Below, in pieces: positions 23,353 through 32,950 of a stretch of DNA of 64,000 bases. The stretch covers positions 147,623 through 211,622 of the forward strand of contig CALVTO010000001.1 in NCBI GenBank assembly GCA_944362705.1, given 5' to 3'. This DNA is from an uncultured Clostridia bacterium. GTDB taxonomy: Bacteria > Bacillota > Clostridia > Christensenellales > UBA1242. Below the pieces are notes generated by a model that was not told the origin of the DNA, made no database searches, and worked only from the letters and a program-made list of their open reading frames with translations. The position numbers were made by a program, and so were the translations under genes. Position 1 is the first letter of the stretch, and each line of letters opens with the position of its first letter.

Positions 23353-23378
23353 AATAAGCCTTATTGGCTTATTTTTTT
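23353..23378 (+). terminator. Rho-independent terminator
   Basis: aataagcc-N5-ggcttatt followed by a T run. Confidence 0.7.
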
Positions 23379-23504
23379 ATGGGTAAAACTTGGCACAAAT
23401 AACAAAAACAAGCCATGCGTGGGTGTAGTATAAAACATAACGCAAATGTACAAAGTTTGTTTGCGTGCTTGGCGATATTTATTGGTTTTCAAATGTGTAT
23501 TTTG

Positions 23505-23533
23505 TTGACACTTCAACCTTGGTAGGTTACAAT
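23505..23533 (+). promoter_or_regulatory. Sigma-A promoter of tig
   Basis: TTGACA (23505-23510), 17 nt, TACAAT (23528-23533). Confidence 0.65.
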
Positions 23534-23567
23534 ATGTGGTAGATATAAAAAAGGAGATTAAAATTAC

Positions 23568-24854
23568 ATGAAATACGAAATTGGCGAGAAAAAAGACGGC
23601 GTTTTAACCGTACACTTTACACTGAATGAAAAAGAATGGGCGGATGCCGTTGAAAATGCATATCAAAAAAATAAAGGTAAATACAAACATGAAGGGTTCC
23701 GTCCGGGGCGCGTTCCTAGAAAGGTATTAGAAAGCGTATACGGCCCTTATATGTTTTACGAAGATGCATTTAACGATGTGTTTCCTACGCACTACACCGC
23801 TATGCTTAAAAAAGAAAAAGACATTAACCCTGTAGATTACCCAGAGGTATCGATTACAAAACTTGGGGAAGATGGCGTTGGTTTTGATGCAAAAATTACT
23901 TTAATGCCAGAAGTAAAACTTGGTAAATATAAGGGTATTAAAATTGCACGTGACAAAGTAGAAGTTACAGAAGCCGATGTGAAAAAAGAACTTAAAAACA
24001 TGCAAGAAAAATATGTTCGTTGGGTAGATGTAACACGTGAAGTTAAAAATAAAGATATGGTAACATTAAACTACTCGGGCTCTATTAACGGGGTTGTGTT
24101 TGCTGGTGGTACGGCTGAAAATCAAGAATTGGTGATTGGCTCTAAAACGTTTATTGCCGGTTTTGAAGAACAACTTATTGGCATGAAAGCTGGTGAAGAA
24201 AAAGATATTACGGTAACTTTCCCAGAAAATTATCATGCTATGGATTTAGCAGGCAAAGAAGCTGTTTTCCATGTTAAAATTAACGATATTCGCGAAAAAG
24301 AAACACCAAAGCTAGATGATACCTTTGCTTCTAACCATTCTGAATTTGAAACGTTAGATGCGTTAAAGAAAAGCATTGAAGAAAAATTAACCAAAGAAAA
24401 AAATGACGTTGCTGACCGCAAAGCGCAAAACGAGCTTATTGAGACCATTGTAAACAATGCAACCATTGCAGTTCCTGAAACCATGGTAAACCAACGCTTA
24501 GATGCTATGGTGGAAGATATGGATGCGCGTATGCAAGCGCAAGGTTTAAAATTAGAACAATATTTACAATATGTAGGTTCTAACTTAGAAGACTATAAAA
24601 AATCTCGCAGAAAAGAAGCTGAGTTTGGTGTTCGTTCAAGCTTAGTGTTTGAAGAAATTGTAAAACAAGAAAATATTACGGCTACCAAAGAAGAAGTTGA
24701 TGCGAAACTAAAAGAAATTGCTGAAGCACAAAACAAGAAATTTACCGAAGTAAAGAAGAATATGAACGCAAAACAAAAAGAATTGTTAGAAAATGAGATT
24801 CTTTCTGAAAAGGTTATAAATTTTGTAAAAGAGAATAATACTATTACAAAGTAG
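23568..24854 (+). CDS. tig: Trigger factor
   Basis: GFRPGRVPRKVLE ribosome-binding motif, a central FKBP-type domain and syntenic tig-clpP-clpX. Confidence 0.95.
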   Translation: MKYEIGEKKDGVLTVHFTLNEKEWADAVENAYQKNKGKYKHEGFRPGRVPRKVLESVYGPYMFYEDAFNDVFPTHYTAMLKKEKDINPVDYPEVSITKLGEDGVGFDAKITLMPEVKLGKYKGIKIARDKVEVTEADVKKELKNMQEKYVRWVDVTREVKNKDMVTLNYSGSINGVVFAGGTAENQELVIGSKTFIAGFEEQLIGMKAGEEKDITVTFPENYHAMDLAGKEAVFHVKINDIREKETPKLDDTFASNHSEFETLDALKKSIEEKLTKEKNDVADRKAQNELIETIVNNATIAVPETMVNQRLDAMVEDMDARMQAQGLKLEQYLQYVGSNLEDYKKSRRKEAEFGVRSSLVFEEIVKQENITATKEEVDAKLKEIAEAQNKKFTEVKKNMNAKQKELLENEILSEKVINFVKENNTITK

Positions 24855-24866
24855 GTGGTATAATTT

Positions 24867-25463
24867 ATGGACGAAAAAAACATGCTTATTCCTATGGTTG
24901 TTGAGCAATCGAATCGTGGGGAACGTTCGTACGATATTTATTCAAGGCTTTTAGAAGACAGAATTATCTTTCTTTCTGGGGAAATTGATGATAACACAGC
25001 CAACTTAATTGTGGCACAACTTATTTTCTTGGAAGGAAAAGACCCAGATAAAGATATTATGATGTATATTAACAGCCCTGGTGGCAGTGTTGTGGCAGGT
25101 ATGGCTATTTACGATACCATGAACTATATTAAGTGTGATGTAAATACCATTTGCGTAGGTATGGCTGCTAGCATGGCTGCTGTATTACTTTCGGCAGGTG
25201 CTAAAGGGAAACGTTATGCGCTTCCTAATAGTGAAATTATGATTCATCAGCCACTTGGTGGTGCGCAAGGGCAGGCAAGTGATATAGCGATTCATGCAGA
25301 ACATATTTTAAAAACAAAAAAGAGATTAAACCGCATTTTAGCCAATAACTCGGGGCAACCATTAGAAGTGATTGAACGAGATACCGATAGAGATAATTTC
25401 CTTTCTTCGGAACAAGCGTTAAAATATGGTTTAATTGATAAAATTTTTGATAAACGTAAATAA
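24867..25463 (+). CDS. clpP: ATP-dependent Clp protease proteolytic subunit
   Basis: [19 protein letters not shown] (Ser nucleophile), IMIHQPLGG. Confidence 0.95.
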   Translation: MDEKNMLIPMVVEQSNRGERSYDIYSRLLEDRIIFLSGEIDDNTANLIVAQLIFLEGKDPDKDIMMYINSPGGSVVAGMAIYDTMNYIKCDVNTICVGMAASMAAVLLSAGAKGKRYALPNSEIMIHQPLGGAQGQASDIAIHAEHILKTKKRLNRILANNSGQPLEVIERDTDRDNFLSSEQALKYGLIDKIFDKRK

Positions 25464-25474
25464 TGAGGTAGAGT

Positions 25475-26737
25475 GTGGCAGATAATAAACAACCAACAGA
25501 AAACAATAGGGTTTGTTCGTTTTGTGGTAGACCAAGTACGCAGTTACATAGGTTGGTGGAAAACGCAACGGGCGATTGCTTTATTTGTGATGAATGCGTA
25601 GAAGTTTGCAAAATGATTTTAGACAAGCAAGAAGCCATGCTTCATAAAAACGATACGTTACGCTTACTAAAACCTGAAGAAATTAAACGCAAGTTAGACG
25701 AATATATTGTAGGGCAAGAAGACGCAAAAAAAGTGCTTTCGGTGGCGGTGTATAACCACTATAAACGTATCAATTATTTGCTCACAAACCCTAACGCAAA
25801 AGATGTGGAACTTGAAAAAAGTAACATTTTGTTATTGGGGCCTACGGGCTCAGGTAAAACGCTATTAGCGAAAACCTTGGCACGCATTTTAGATGTACCT
25901 TTTGCCACAGCAGATGCAACCACAATAACCGAAGCGGGCTACGTGGGTGACGATGTAGAAAACGTGCTACTTAAACTGATACAGGCTGCCAATTACGATA
26001 TTGAAAAAGCACAACGCGGTATTATTTACATTGACGAAATTGATAAAATTGCTCGCAAAAGTGAAAATATGTCCATCACACGTGATGTGTCGGGTGAGGG
26101 TGTACAACAAGCGCTTTTAAAAATATTAGAAAGCACCGTTGCCAACGTTCCGCCACAAGGCGGGCGAAAACACCCAAACCAAGAGTGCATTGCTATTGAT
26201 ACAACCAATATTTTGTTTATTTGTGGTGGTGCTTTTGTTGGGTTGGATAAAATGATTGAACAACGCATTAACAACACGAACCTTGGGTTTGGGGGTGTGG
26301 TATTTAGTAAAAAAGACATGAAAGAAGGCGAGCTTTTAAAGCATGCCGAGCCACATGATTTTATTAAATATGGCTTGATACCTGAATTTGTAGGGCGTAT
26401 TCCCATTAGCGTAAGTTTAGAAAGCTTAGATGAAAAAGCACTTATGCGTATTTTAACGGAACCTAAAAATTGTTTAGTAAAACAATATGTAAAAATGTTT
26501 GCGTTAGATAATGTTACGCTTGTGTTTGAACCTAGTGCTATAGAAGCGTTTGCAAAAAAAGCGATTGTGTTGCAAACGGGTGCGCGCGGATTAAGAAGTA
26601 TTATGGAAGAGGTAATGTTGCCTTTAATGTACGAAGTGCCAAGCGAACCAATTGCACGTGTGGTTATTTATGCAGAAAATGGAAACATTCTTTATAAAAA
26701 AGAAGCACGCGCCGATGCGGAAACGACCAGTGCGTAA
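25475..26737 (+). CDS. clpX: ATP-dependent Clp protease ATP-binding subunit ClpX
   Basis: N-terminal C4 zinc finger CSFCGR...CDEC, Walker A GPTGSGKT and [12 protein letters not shown] start with GAGGT SD. Confidence 0.95.
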   Translation: MADNKQPTENNRVCSFCGRPSTQLHRLVENATGDCFICDECVEVCKMILDKQEAMLHKNDTLRLLKPEEIKRKLDEYIVGQEDAKKVLSVAVYNHYKRINYLLTNPNAKDVELEKSNILLLGPTGSGKTLLAKTLARILDVPFATADATTITEAGYVGDDVENVLLKLIQAANYDIEKAQRGIIYIDEIDKIARKSENMSITRDVSGEGVQQALLKILESTVANVPPQGGRKHPNQECIAIDTTNILFICGGAFVGLDKMIEQRINNTNLGFGGVVFSKKDMKEGELLKHAEPHDFIKYGLIPEFVGRIPISVSLESLDEKALMRILTEPKNCLVKQYVKMFALDNVTLVFEPSAIEAFAKKAIVLQTGARGLRSIMEEVMLPLMYEVPSEPIARVVIYAENGNILYKKEARADAETTSA

Positions 26738-26784
26738 CCCTTACCGTTATGTACATGGTTTACATGTATAAAAACAATAAAAAA

Positions 26785-26811
26785 AGAAGCAAGTGGTTGC
26801 TTCTTTTTTTT
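26785..26811. terminator. Bidirectional terminator (clpX / LRR fragment)
   Basis: agaagcaa-gtgg-ttgcttct flanked by A and T runs. Confidence 0.8.
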
Positions 26812-26813
26812 AT

Positions 26814-27344
26814 TTATCCGCGACTTCTTGCGCTAATAATTGTTGCGTTTGGCGCAAATGCGTAATCGCCCGATTCTATTTCTGCGTTTAAATACACCGT
26901 GGTTTTACTTGTTCCTGATTTTTCAAAAGGCATGTTTTTGTTGGTTATTTTTCTTGCGCTAATGTTAATGTCGGTTACTTTGTCACATGATTGAAAACAG
27001 CCTTCTAATTCAAAATCTTTACCATAAATAGAAATTTTTTTCAAATTTGGGTTAATGGAAAAAGCGTCTTGACATATTTTGGTAGGTTTTGTGGCTCTTT
27101 CGTTTTCAATAATAACTTCTTCTAGGTTGGGAAGTTTTACAAATGCTGTACCCCAAATTTCGTCTACATTTCGTATAATAATTTTGCGCACGGCTTCACA
27201 TATGCGATAATCTCTACCAATAGAGTTTGCAAAAACCGAACGCCCTATAAAACGCAAATCGTCAGACCCGTTAATGGTTAATACGCCGTTATGTATATCA
27301 TCTAAAGAAAAACTTGTTAAAATATTTTGTTCTATTGTAAACAT
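26814..27344 (-). CDS. Short BspA-type leucine-rich-repeat protein (176 aa, no signal peptide)
   Basis: MFTIEQN... with GAGGTG SD at ATG 27344. LRR_5-like units are present (FIGRSVFANS..., AFVKLPNLEEVII, DAFSINPNLKKISI). The ORF-track N-terminal extension overlaps the spoIVA promoter region. Confidence 0.6.
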   Translation of the reverse strand: MFTIEQNILTSFSLDDIHNGVLTINGSDDLRFIGRSVFANSIGRDYRICEAVRKIIIRNVDEIWGTAFVKLPNLEEVIIENERATKPTKICQDAFSINPNLKKISIYGKDFELEGCFQSCDKVTDINISARKITNKNMPFEKSGTSKTTVYLNAEIESGDYAFAPNATIISARSRG

Positions 27345-27411
27345 GGTTTCACCTCGTTTTTTATGTACTTTTATTATATAAAATGTTTTTGCAAAAGTCA
27401 ATATGCCTTTG

Positions 27412-27440
27412 GAATATTTTATGTTATGCAAGCATATAGT
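27412..27440 (+). promoter_or_regulatory. Candidate sigma-E-type promoter of spoIVA
   Basis: gAATATT (27412-27418), 14 nt, CATATAgT (27433-27440), compared with the remembered consensus kmATATT / CATACAhT. Weak. Confidence 0.3.
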
Positions 27441-27467
27441 TTGGTAATCAAACTTTCGGAGGGTATT

Positions 27468-28946
27468 ATGGAAAAATTTGATGTTTACAAAGATATTGCT
27501 CATCGCACCAATGGCGATATTTATATTGGCGTAGTTGGTCCTGTACGCACAGGTAAGTCTACGTTTATTACAAAATTTATGGAAAAAATGGTGCTTCCAA
27601 GTGTGCAAGAAAAAAATGAAAAGAAACGTATGGTAGATGAACTACCTCAATCGGCTGGTGGTAAAACCATTATGACCATGCAACCAAAGTTTGTTCCAAA
27701 TGTAGCACAATGCGTTGAACTTGCAGAAGGCGTAAAGGCTAATTTTAGATTAGTAGATTGTGTAGGGTATATGGTTGAAGGCGCAGAAGGCGTTTTAGAA
27801 AATGGTGCCCCTAGGTTAGTAAAAACTCCGTGGGCGGAAGAAAAAATGACGATGGAAGAAGCAGCAGAACTTGGTACACATAAAGTGATTACGGAACATG
27901 CCACCATTGCTATTGTTATGACCACCGACGGCACCATTACCGACTTAAATCGTTTAGCTTATGTACAAGCGGAAGAACGTGCCGTTGAAGAATTAAAACA
28001 ATTACATAAACCATTTGTTGTTGTGTTAAATTCTACGACGCCACAAGCTGAAGCGACACAAAAACTACAAGCAAGTTTGCAAGAAAAATATGGTGTTCCT
28101 GTGGTGGCTATGAGCGTGCAAACTATGGAAAAAGAAGATATTCAGTTTATTTTAGAAAAGGTTTTATACGAATTTCCTGTGCGCAAAATTTGTGTAAACT
28201 TACCAAGTTGGATGCAGGCTTTAACGTTTGAACACGATTTAGTACAAGAGGCCATTGCCGGTATTCGTCAAATGCTATTGGGCCAAATGAAAATGCGCGA
28301 TGTGCTTTCTATGTCGACTTTATTTACCGACAGCGCTCGTTTTGAAAGCATGCATATTTCCAACGTTGCGTTAGGTACGGGCATTGTAACGCTAGAAGTA
28401 CAAGTGGCAAAACATGTATTCTATGAAATGCTATCTGCGGAATGTGGCGTGAATATTGAAAACGATTTCTATTTGTTAAGTTACATGAAACTTTTGGCGC
28501 ATGCAAAAACAGAATATGATAAAATAAAACAAGCCCTAGACCAAGTAAAAGAAACAGGGTATGGGGTGGTTATGCCTACCATGGACGAAATGAAACTTGA
28601 AGAACCACAAATTATGAAACGTGGTGCAAATTCGGGTGTTAGATTAAAAGCAAGCGCACCAAGTTTACACATTATGCGTGTAGATGTTGAAACAGAAGTT
28701 TGCCCAGCTGTTGCAGGTGCAGGACAAAGTGAAGAATTGGTGAAATACTTATTGAGTGAGTTTGAAAACAACCCACAAGGTATTTGGCAAACCAATATGT
28801 TTGGTAAACCGCTTAGCGCTTTAGTACAAGAAGGAATTTGCAGTAAATTGGGGGCTTTCCCTGAAGAAGCGCAAGTAAAAACACGCAAAACACTTTCAAA
28901 AATTGTAAACGAAGGTAAAGGCGGCATGATTGTTATTTTATTATAA
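27468..28946 (+). CDS. spoIVA: Stage IV sporulation protein A (spore-coat morphogenetic ATPase)
   Basis: 492 aa, DIYIGVVGPVRTGKSTFI Walker A, end-to-end similarity to SpoIVA. GGAGGG SD. Confidence 0.93.
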   Translation: MEKFDVYKDIAHRTNGDIYIGVVGPVRTGKSTFITKFMEKMVLPSVQEKNEKKRMVDELPQSAGGKTIMTMQPKFVPNVAQCVELAEGVKANFRLVDCVGYMVEGAEGVLENGAPRLVKTPWAEEKMTMEEAAELGTHKVITEHATIAIVMTTDGTITDLNRLAYVQAEERAVEELKQLHKPFVVVLNSTTPQAEATQKLQASLQEKYGVPVVAMSVQTMEKEDIQFILEKVLYEFPVRKICVNLPSWMQALTFEHDLVQEAIAGIRQMLLGQMKMRDVLSMSTLFTDSARFESMHISNVALGTGIVTLEVQVAKHVFYEMLSAECGVNIENDFYLLSYMKLLAHAKTEYDKIKQALDQVKETGYGVVMPTMDEMKLEEPQIMKRGANSGVRLKASAPSLHIMRVDVETEVCPAVAGAGQSEELVKYLLSEFENNPQGIWQTNMFGKPLSALVQEGICSKLGAFPEEAQVKTRKTLSKIVNEGKGGMIVILL

Positions 28947-29001
28947 CAATATATGGCAACGTGTGTGCATTTGCATCATGCGTTTATAGCGAAAAAGGAA
29001 A

Positions 29002-29030
29002 AGAAGGAACCATAAATGGTTCCTTCTTTT
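29002..29030 (+). terminator. Rho-independent terminator after spoIVA
   Basis: agaaggaacca-taaa-tggttccttct followed by a T run. Confidence 0.75.
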
Positions 29031-29223
29031 GGGGAGGATATAGGAAATTCACACTTATGTGTGATGTATTGTGTGATAAAGATTGGGAAAAATCTTTATG
29101 TATGTTTAGTATATAAAAATAAAACAAGAACGTCAAACAAATGTAAAAAGTTTTTTATTTTTTATGTTGGTTTGCGTTTTTTTGTTTTTTAAGGTTTGTT
29201 TCTTTGCTTTTTTAAGAAAACAT

Positions 29224-29252
29224 TTGCAGGTTTGTGTGGTATTTGGTACAAT
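29224..29252 (+). promoter_or_regulatory. Sigma-A promoter of engB
   Basis: TTGCAG (29224-29229), 17 nt, TACAAT (29247-29252). Confidence 0.5.
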
Positions 29253-29278
29253 ACATAAAAACAAAAAGGGAAAAAATT

Positions 29279-29890
29279 GTGCAAATTATACATAGTGAAT
29301 TTTTAAAAAGTGCAAATGGTACGCAAGGGTTTTACCAAGATGCTGTACCAGAAATTGCTGTTGTGGGTAGAAGCAATGTAGGTAAAAGTAGTTTTATAAA
29401 TGCTTTAACTTCTAATGCAAAACTAGCAAAAACAAGTTCTTTACCGGGTAGAACGCGTCTTGTGAATTATTTTTCTATCAACCACAACTTGTTTCGGTTG
29501 GTAGATTTACCTGGGTATGGTTTTGCAAAAGCTAGTAAAGCCGAACAAGAAAAGTGGAATGGTTTAATGCAGGCGTATTTTACGCAAAGCAAGCAATTAA
29601 AAATGGTTGTGTTGTTGGTAGATATTCGGCACGAGCCTACGGAAAAAGATGTGCAAATGTTAGAGTATTTATATTATTACAATATTAGTACAACGATTGT
29701 TGCAACAAAGTGCGATAAGGTGCCTAAAAGCAAAATTTTGCATTATATAAAAGTCATTATGACAAAGTTAAAAGTGGGCAAAGAAAACATATTTCCGTTT
29801 TCTAGTGAAACAAAATATGGTAAAGAAGCGGTTTTAAAAAGGTTAGACCAATTTATTTTTCCTGATGCCTCGCGGGCAGAAGAGGAGTAG
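29279..29890 (+). CDS. engB: Ribosome-biogenesis GTPase EngB/YsxC
   Basis: PEIAVVGRSNVGKSSFINAL (G1), DLPGYGFA (G3), TKCDK (G4). Probable GTG start. Confidence 0.85.
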   Translation: MQIIHSEFLKSANGTQGFYQDAVPEIAVVGRSNVGKSSFINALTSNAKLAKTSSLPGRTRLVNYFSINHNLFRLVDLPGYGFAKASKAEQEKWNGLMQAYFTQSKQLKMVVLLVDIRHEPTEKDVQMLEYLYYYNISTTIVATKCDKVPKSKILHYIKVIMTKLKVGKENIFPFSSETKYGKEAVLKRLDQFIFPDASRAEEE

Positions 29891-29893
29891 TGT

Positions 29894-30592
29894 ATGAAAA
29901 TTTGGGCAATTAGTGACTTGCACATGTCTACGGCGTGTAACAAGCCTATGGATGTTTTTGGCGGGCATTGGGAAAATTACCTGCCGAAAATTTTTGAAGA
30001 ATGGCAACGTGTGGTTGCGCCAGAAGATATTGTGTTGTTAGCGGGCGACCATTCTTGGGGTATGCGTATGGAAGAGGCTGAACCCGATATTGCTATTTTG
30101 GCACAACAAAAAGGTTTAAAAGTACTTTTAAAAGGCAATCATGATTATTGGTGGAAGTCGATTAGTGCTGTACGTAACATGCTACCTGAAGGCATGTATG
30201 CGGTGCAAAACGACGCTATGCGCTTTGGTAATGTGCTTGTTTGCGGTACGCGTGGCTGGACTGTTCCTGAAAACAATAAAGTGCTAGACGAAGGCAACCA
30301 GCGTATTTATTTGCGTGAAATAGAACGGCTAAAATTGTCGCTAAAAGCTATGGAGACAATGCGCAAACCTGATGATTATGTGATTTGCATGATGCATTTT
30401 CCTCCTTTTAACAGCATGCGTGAAGATTCGCCATTTACGCTCTTATTAGAGCAATATAAGGTGCATGCGGTGGTATATGGGCACTTACACGGAAAACTTT
30501 CTAAGCGAGATTTGGTGTATACAAAAAACAATATTCCATATTATTTAACTTCGTGCGATCAAGTAGAAAACCATTTGGTGCGTATACTTTAA
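29894..30592 (+). CDS. Calcineurin-like metallophosphoesterase
   Basis: SDLH, GDHSW, GNHDYWW and GHLHG motifs. Confidence 0.8.
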   Translation: MKIWAISDLHMSTACNKPMDVFGGHWENYLPKIFEEWQRVVAPEDIVLLAGDHSWGMRMEEAEPDIAILAQQKGLKVLLKGNHDYWWKSISAVRNMLPEGMYAVQNDAMRFGNVLVCGTRGWTVPENNKVLDEGNQRIYLREIERLKLSLKAMETMRKPDDYVICMMHFPPFNSMREDSPFTLLLEQYKVHAVVYGHLHGKLSKRDLVYTKNNIPYYLTSCDQVENHLVRIL

Positions 30593-30616
30593 TATGTAGA
30601 AAAATGCATTTGGGTA

Positions 30617-30645
30617 TTGAAAATGGTGCGTGTATGTGGTATAAT
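30617..30645 (+). promoter_or_regulatory. Sigma-A promoter (extended -10)
   Basis: TTGAAA (30617-30622), 17 nt ending in TGg, TATAAT (30640-30645). Confidence 0.65.
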
Positions 30646-30666
30646 GCAAAAAGTGAGGTGGACCGT

Positions 30667-31545
30667 ATGGACGGAATTTTAACAATTAAAGATTTAGCTG
30701 TGTTAGATAAGCAATATGTAACCGCGTCGGGAAAACGCATCAATGTATATAATAACTATTTTTGTGATGCACCTTATACATCGCTTGAAGAAGTTGATGA
30801 GGCGCATCAGCCATATATTACTTACGATATGGGGCTTAATATGGTGTATTTTTCTTGTAAAGAAGGCGAAGTGATTGAATTAAAATATCCCATTGTTGCC
30901 AGTGGTATTATTACCAATGGTACAATTAAATGTCCTTCCATTAAAGCAAGCATTGTGTATGCAGAAAATGTTATTACAGACAATGTGCTAGATGTTCCTT
31001 GTGTTGTGGCAAAGAATAGCATTACCGCAAACAAAATCATTACCAATGAAGTGGCTTGTGGTAAAGGCGGTTTAAACACAATGTATATAGAACCTTCGGA
31101 TAAAAGTATGCCTATTCAGATTATATCCGAAGGAACAATTTCTTGCCCAAACCTTTCGTTCCCTAATAAAGAATCTTACATTTTATCCTATCAAGATGTT
31201 TTATCAAAAAATATCAAAGCAAAGAGAGTTGATGTGAGGGGAAGTTTGATTGCCGAAACTTGCAACATTTCTAAAATAAATATAGGCGGTATGATGAAAA
31301 CGAATGGAAAATCATTTACGATGAGTTTAGATACGCCTGTGCCTATGATGGCTACATTAAAAATGTTCAAAAATTGCGCAAGTGAGGTTACATTAGAAAA
31401 CAGCATTTTTAAAGGCGAATTCTTTAAAAATCAGTACAATAGGGTGTTTGAAACGTTAAAAGATGCCATTATTGACCCAGAAATATTATTTGAAAGAATG
31501 GCAAGAGATAACCAAACAACAGATGCTTACGGTAGAGCAAAATAA
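30667..31545 (+). CDS. Hypothetical Cys-containing repeat protein (292 aa)
   Basis: GAGGTGG SD before ATG 30667. The central region has short I/V-x-(T/A)-x-N-type repeats (IITNGTIKCPSIKASIVYAENVITDNVLDVPCVVAKNSITANKIITNEVAC). No family recognised. Confidence 0.55.
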   Translation: MDGILTIKDLAVLDKQYVTASGKRINVYNNYFCDAPYTSLEEVDEAHQPYITYDMGLNMVYFSCKEGEVIELKYPIVASGIITNGTIKCPSIKASIVYAENVITDNVLDVPCVVAKNSITANKIITNEVACGKGGLNTMYIEPSDKSMPIQIISEGTISCPNLSFPNKESYILSYQDVLSKNIKAKRVDVRGSLIAETCNISKINIGGMMKTNGKSFTMSLDTPVPMMATLKMFKNCASEVTLENSIFKGEFFKNQYNRVFETLKDAIIDPEILFERMARDNQTTDAYGRAK

Positions 31546-31547
31546 AA

Positions 31548-31577
31548 AAACACGCGTTTGCGTGTTTTTCTTTTTTT
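31548..31577. terminator. Terminator hairpin between convergent genes
   Basis: aaacacgc-gttt-gcgtgttt flanked by A7 and T-rich runs. Confidence 0.75.
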
Positions 31578-31602
31578 ACTTTTGTTGGTTGCGAGTATTT
31601 AC

Positions 31603-32379
31603 TTATTCTTTACAATAGCGTTTGCAACCTTCGAGTGCGTTTTTTTCTAAGCGCGAAACTTGTGCTTGTGAAATGCCAATTTCTTCACTAATTTCCATTT
31701 GCGTTTTCCCTAGGTAATACCTTAAAAACAATATTTGTTTTTCACGAGGGTCGAGCTGTTTAATGGCTTTTTTTAATGTAAAACGCTCTAACCACTTTTC
31801 TTCTGAGTGGTTACCATCGGAAAGCTGGTCCATAACAAGAAGGCTATCGGTGCCGTCGTGATACACGGTATCGAAAATAGAAATAGGCTCGCTGATGGCA
31901 TCTAGCGCTTCCGCAATTTGCGAAACGGGTTCGTGTATGCTTTCGCTTATTTGCTCTAAACTTGCGTCTTCTATTTGCGTATTTTCTATTTGTTCGCGCG
32001 CTTGCAGGGCTTTATATGCGGTATCGCGCATGCTTCGCGTAACTTTTATGCTGGTGCTATCTCGTAAAAATCTACGAATTTCACCAATAATCATAGGTAC
32101 GGCATAGGTAGAAAACCTTACGCCTAAGTGTATGTTAAAGTTATCTACCGCTTTTAATAAGCCTATAACGCCCACTTGAAAAATATCGTCGGAATTGCCG
32201 TACTTACAGGTAAATCTTTGCACAATAGATAGCACCAATCGCATGTTATACATAACAAATTCTTCTCGCGCTTGGGGTTTATTTTGTTTTACTTGCTGCA
32301 TAAGCTCCGCCATTTGTCGTGCCGTACATTTGGGTAAACTTGATGTATCTATGCCACATATGACAACTTTATGATGCAT
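31603..32379 (-). CDS. sigG: Forespore sporulation sigma factor SigG
   Basis: KVVICGIDTSSLP (compare B. subtilis KVEICGVDTSKLP), FSTYAVPMIIGEIRRFLRD, GKTQMEISEEIGISQAQVSRLEK. Confidence 0.88.
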   Translation of the reverse strand: MHHKVVICGIDTSSLPKCTARQMAELMQQVKQNKPQAREEFVMYNMRLVLSIVQRFTCKYGNSDDIFQVGVIGLLKAVDNFNIHLGVRFSTYAVPMIIGEIRRFLRDSTSIKVTRSMRDTAYKALQAREQIENTQIEDASLEQISESIHEPVSQIAEALDAISEPISIFDTVYHDGTDSLLVMDQLSDGNHSEEKWLERFTLKKAIKQLDPREKQILFLRYYLGKTQMEISEEIGISQAQVSRLEKNALEGCKRYCKE

Positions 32380-32509
32380 ATATTCTTCTCCTTTTATTAT
32401 TTTGTTGTAAGTGTGGGCTATTTACTTGTTTTTATGCATGCAGAAAACAAGTTCGTGCTTTTAAGCATAAAAACGACAAAATATACATATAGTGCATTAG
32501 GAGAACGTT

Positions 32510-32824
32510 ATGGAATATTCGTTTGTAGAGCTGAGAGAAAAAGAAGTGGTTTCTATTCTTTCAGGTAAAAGGCTGGGGCATATTTGTGATGTAGTGTTTG
32601 ATTTTTCTTCGGGGCGGGTGCTGGGCATTGTTGTGCCTGGTGAAAAAAAACTGTTTCGAAAAACGGACGACATGTTTATTGCGCTTTCTTACATTGAGCG
32701 TATTGGCGATGATTGCGTATTGGTGCGCGTGGAAACCGAAGAAAAACATGATAAAAAAACGATAGTAGAACAAAGCGGGCAAGAATCGTATGCACCTTAT
32801 GCTAGAAAATTGCCGAAAATATAG
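32510..32824 (+). CDS. YlmC/YmxH-family sporulation protein (PRC barrel)
   Basis: LREKEVVSILSGKRLGHICDVVFDFSSGRVLGIVVPG. Confidence 0.8.
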   Translation: MEYSFVELREKEVVSILSGKRLGHICDVVFDFSSGRVLGIVVPGEKKLFRKTDDMFIALSYIERIGDDCVLVRVETEEKHDKKTIVEQSGQESYAPYARKLPKI

Positions 32825-32851
32825 TGTGGTGAATGAAGTAAAAAATATGCT

Positions 32852-32884
32852 AAAGAACAACTTTTTATGGTTGTTCTTTTATTT
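32852..32884 (+). terminator. Rho-independent terminator
   Basis: aaagaacaac-N8-gttgttcttt followed by a T run. Confidence 0.75.
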
Positions 32885-32894
32885 ATGAATTTAT

Positions 32895-32923
32895 TTGCAA
32901 GGCGTGATGGCTTGTGTTATACT
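32895..32923 (+). promoter_or_regulatory. Sigma-A promoter of nrdR
   Basis: TTGCAA (32895-32900), 17 nt, TATACT (32918-32923). Confidence 0.6.
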
Positions 32924-32950
32924 TATGTGTGTAAGTGAAAGGAGAATACT

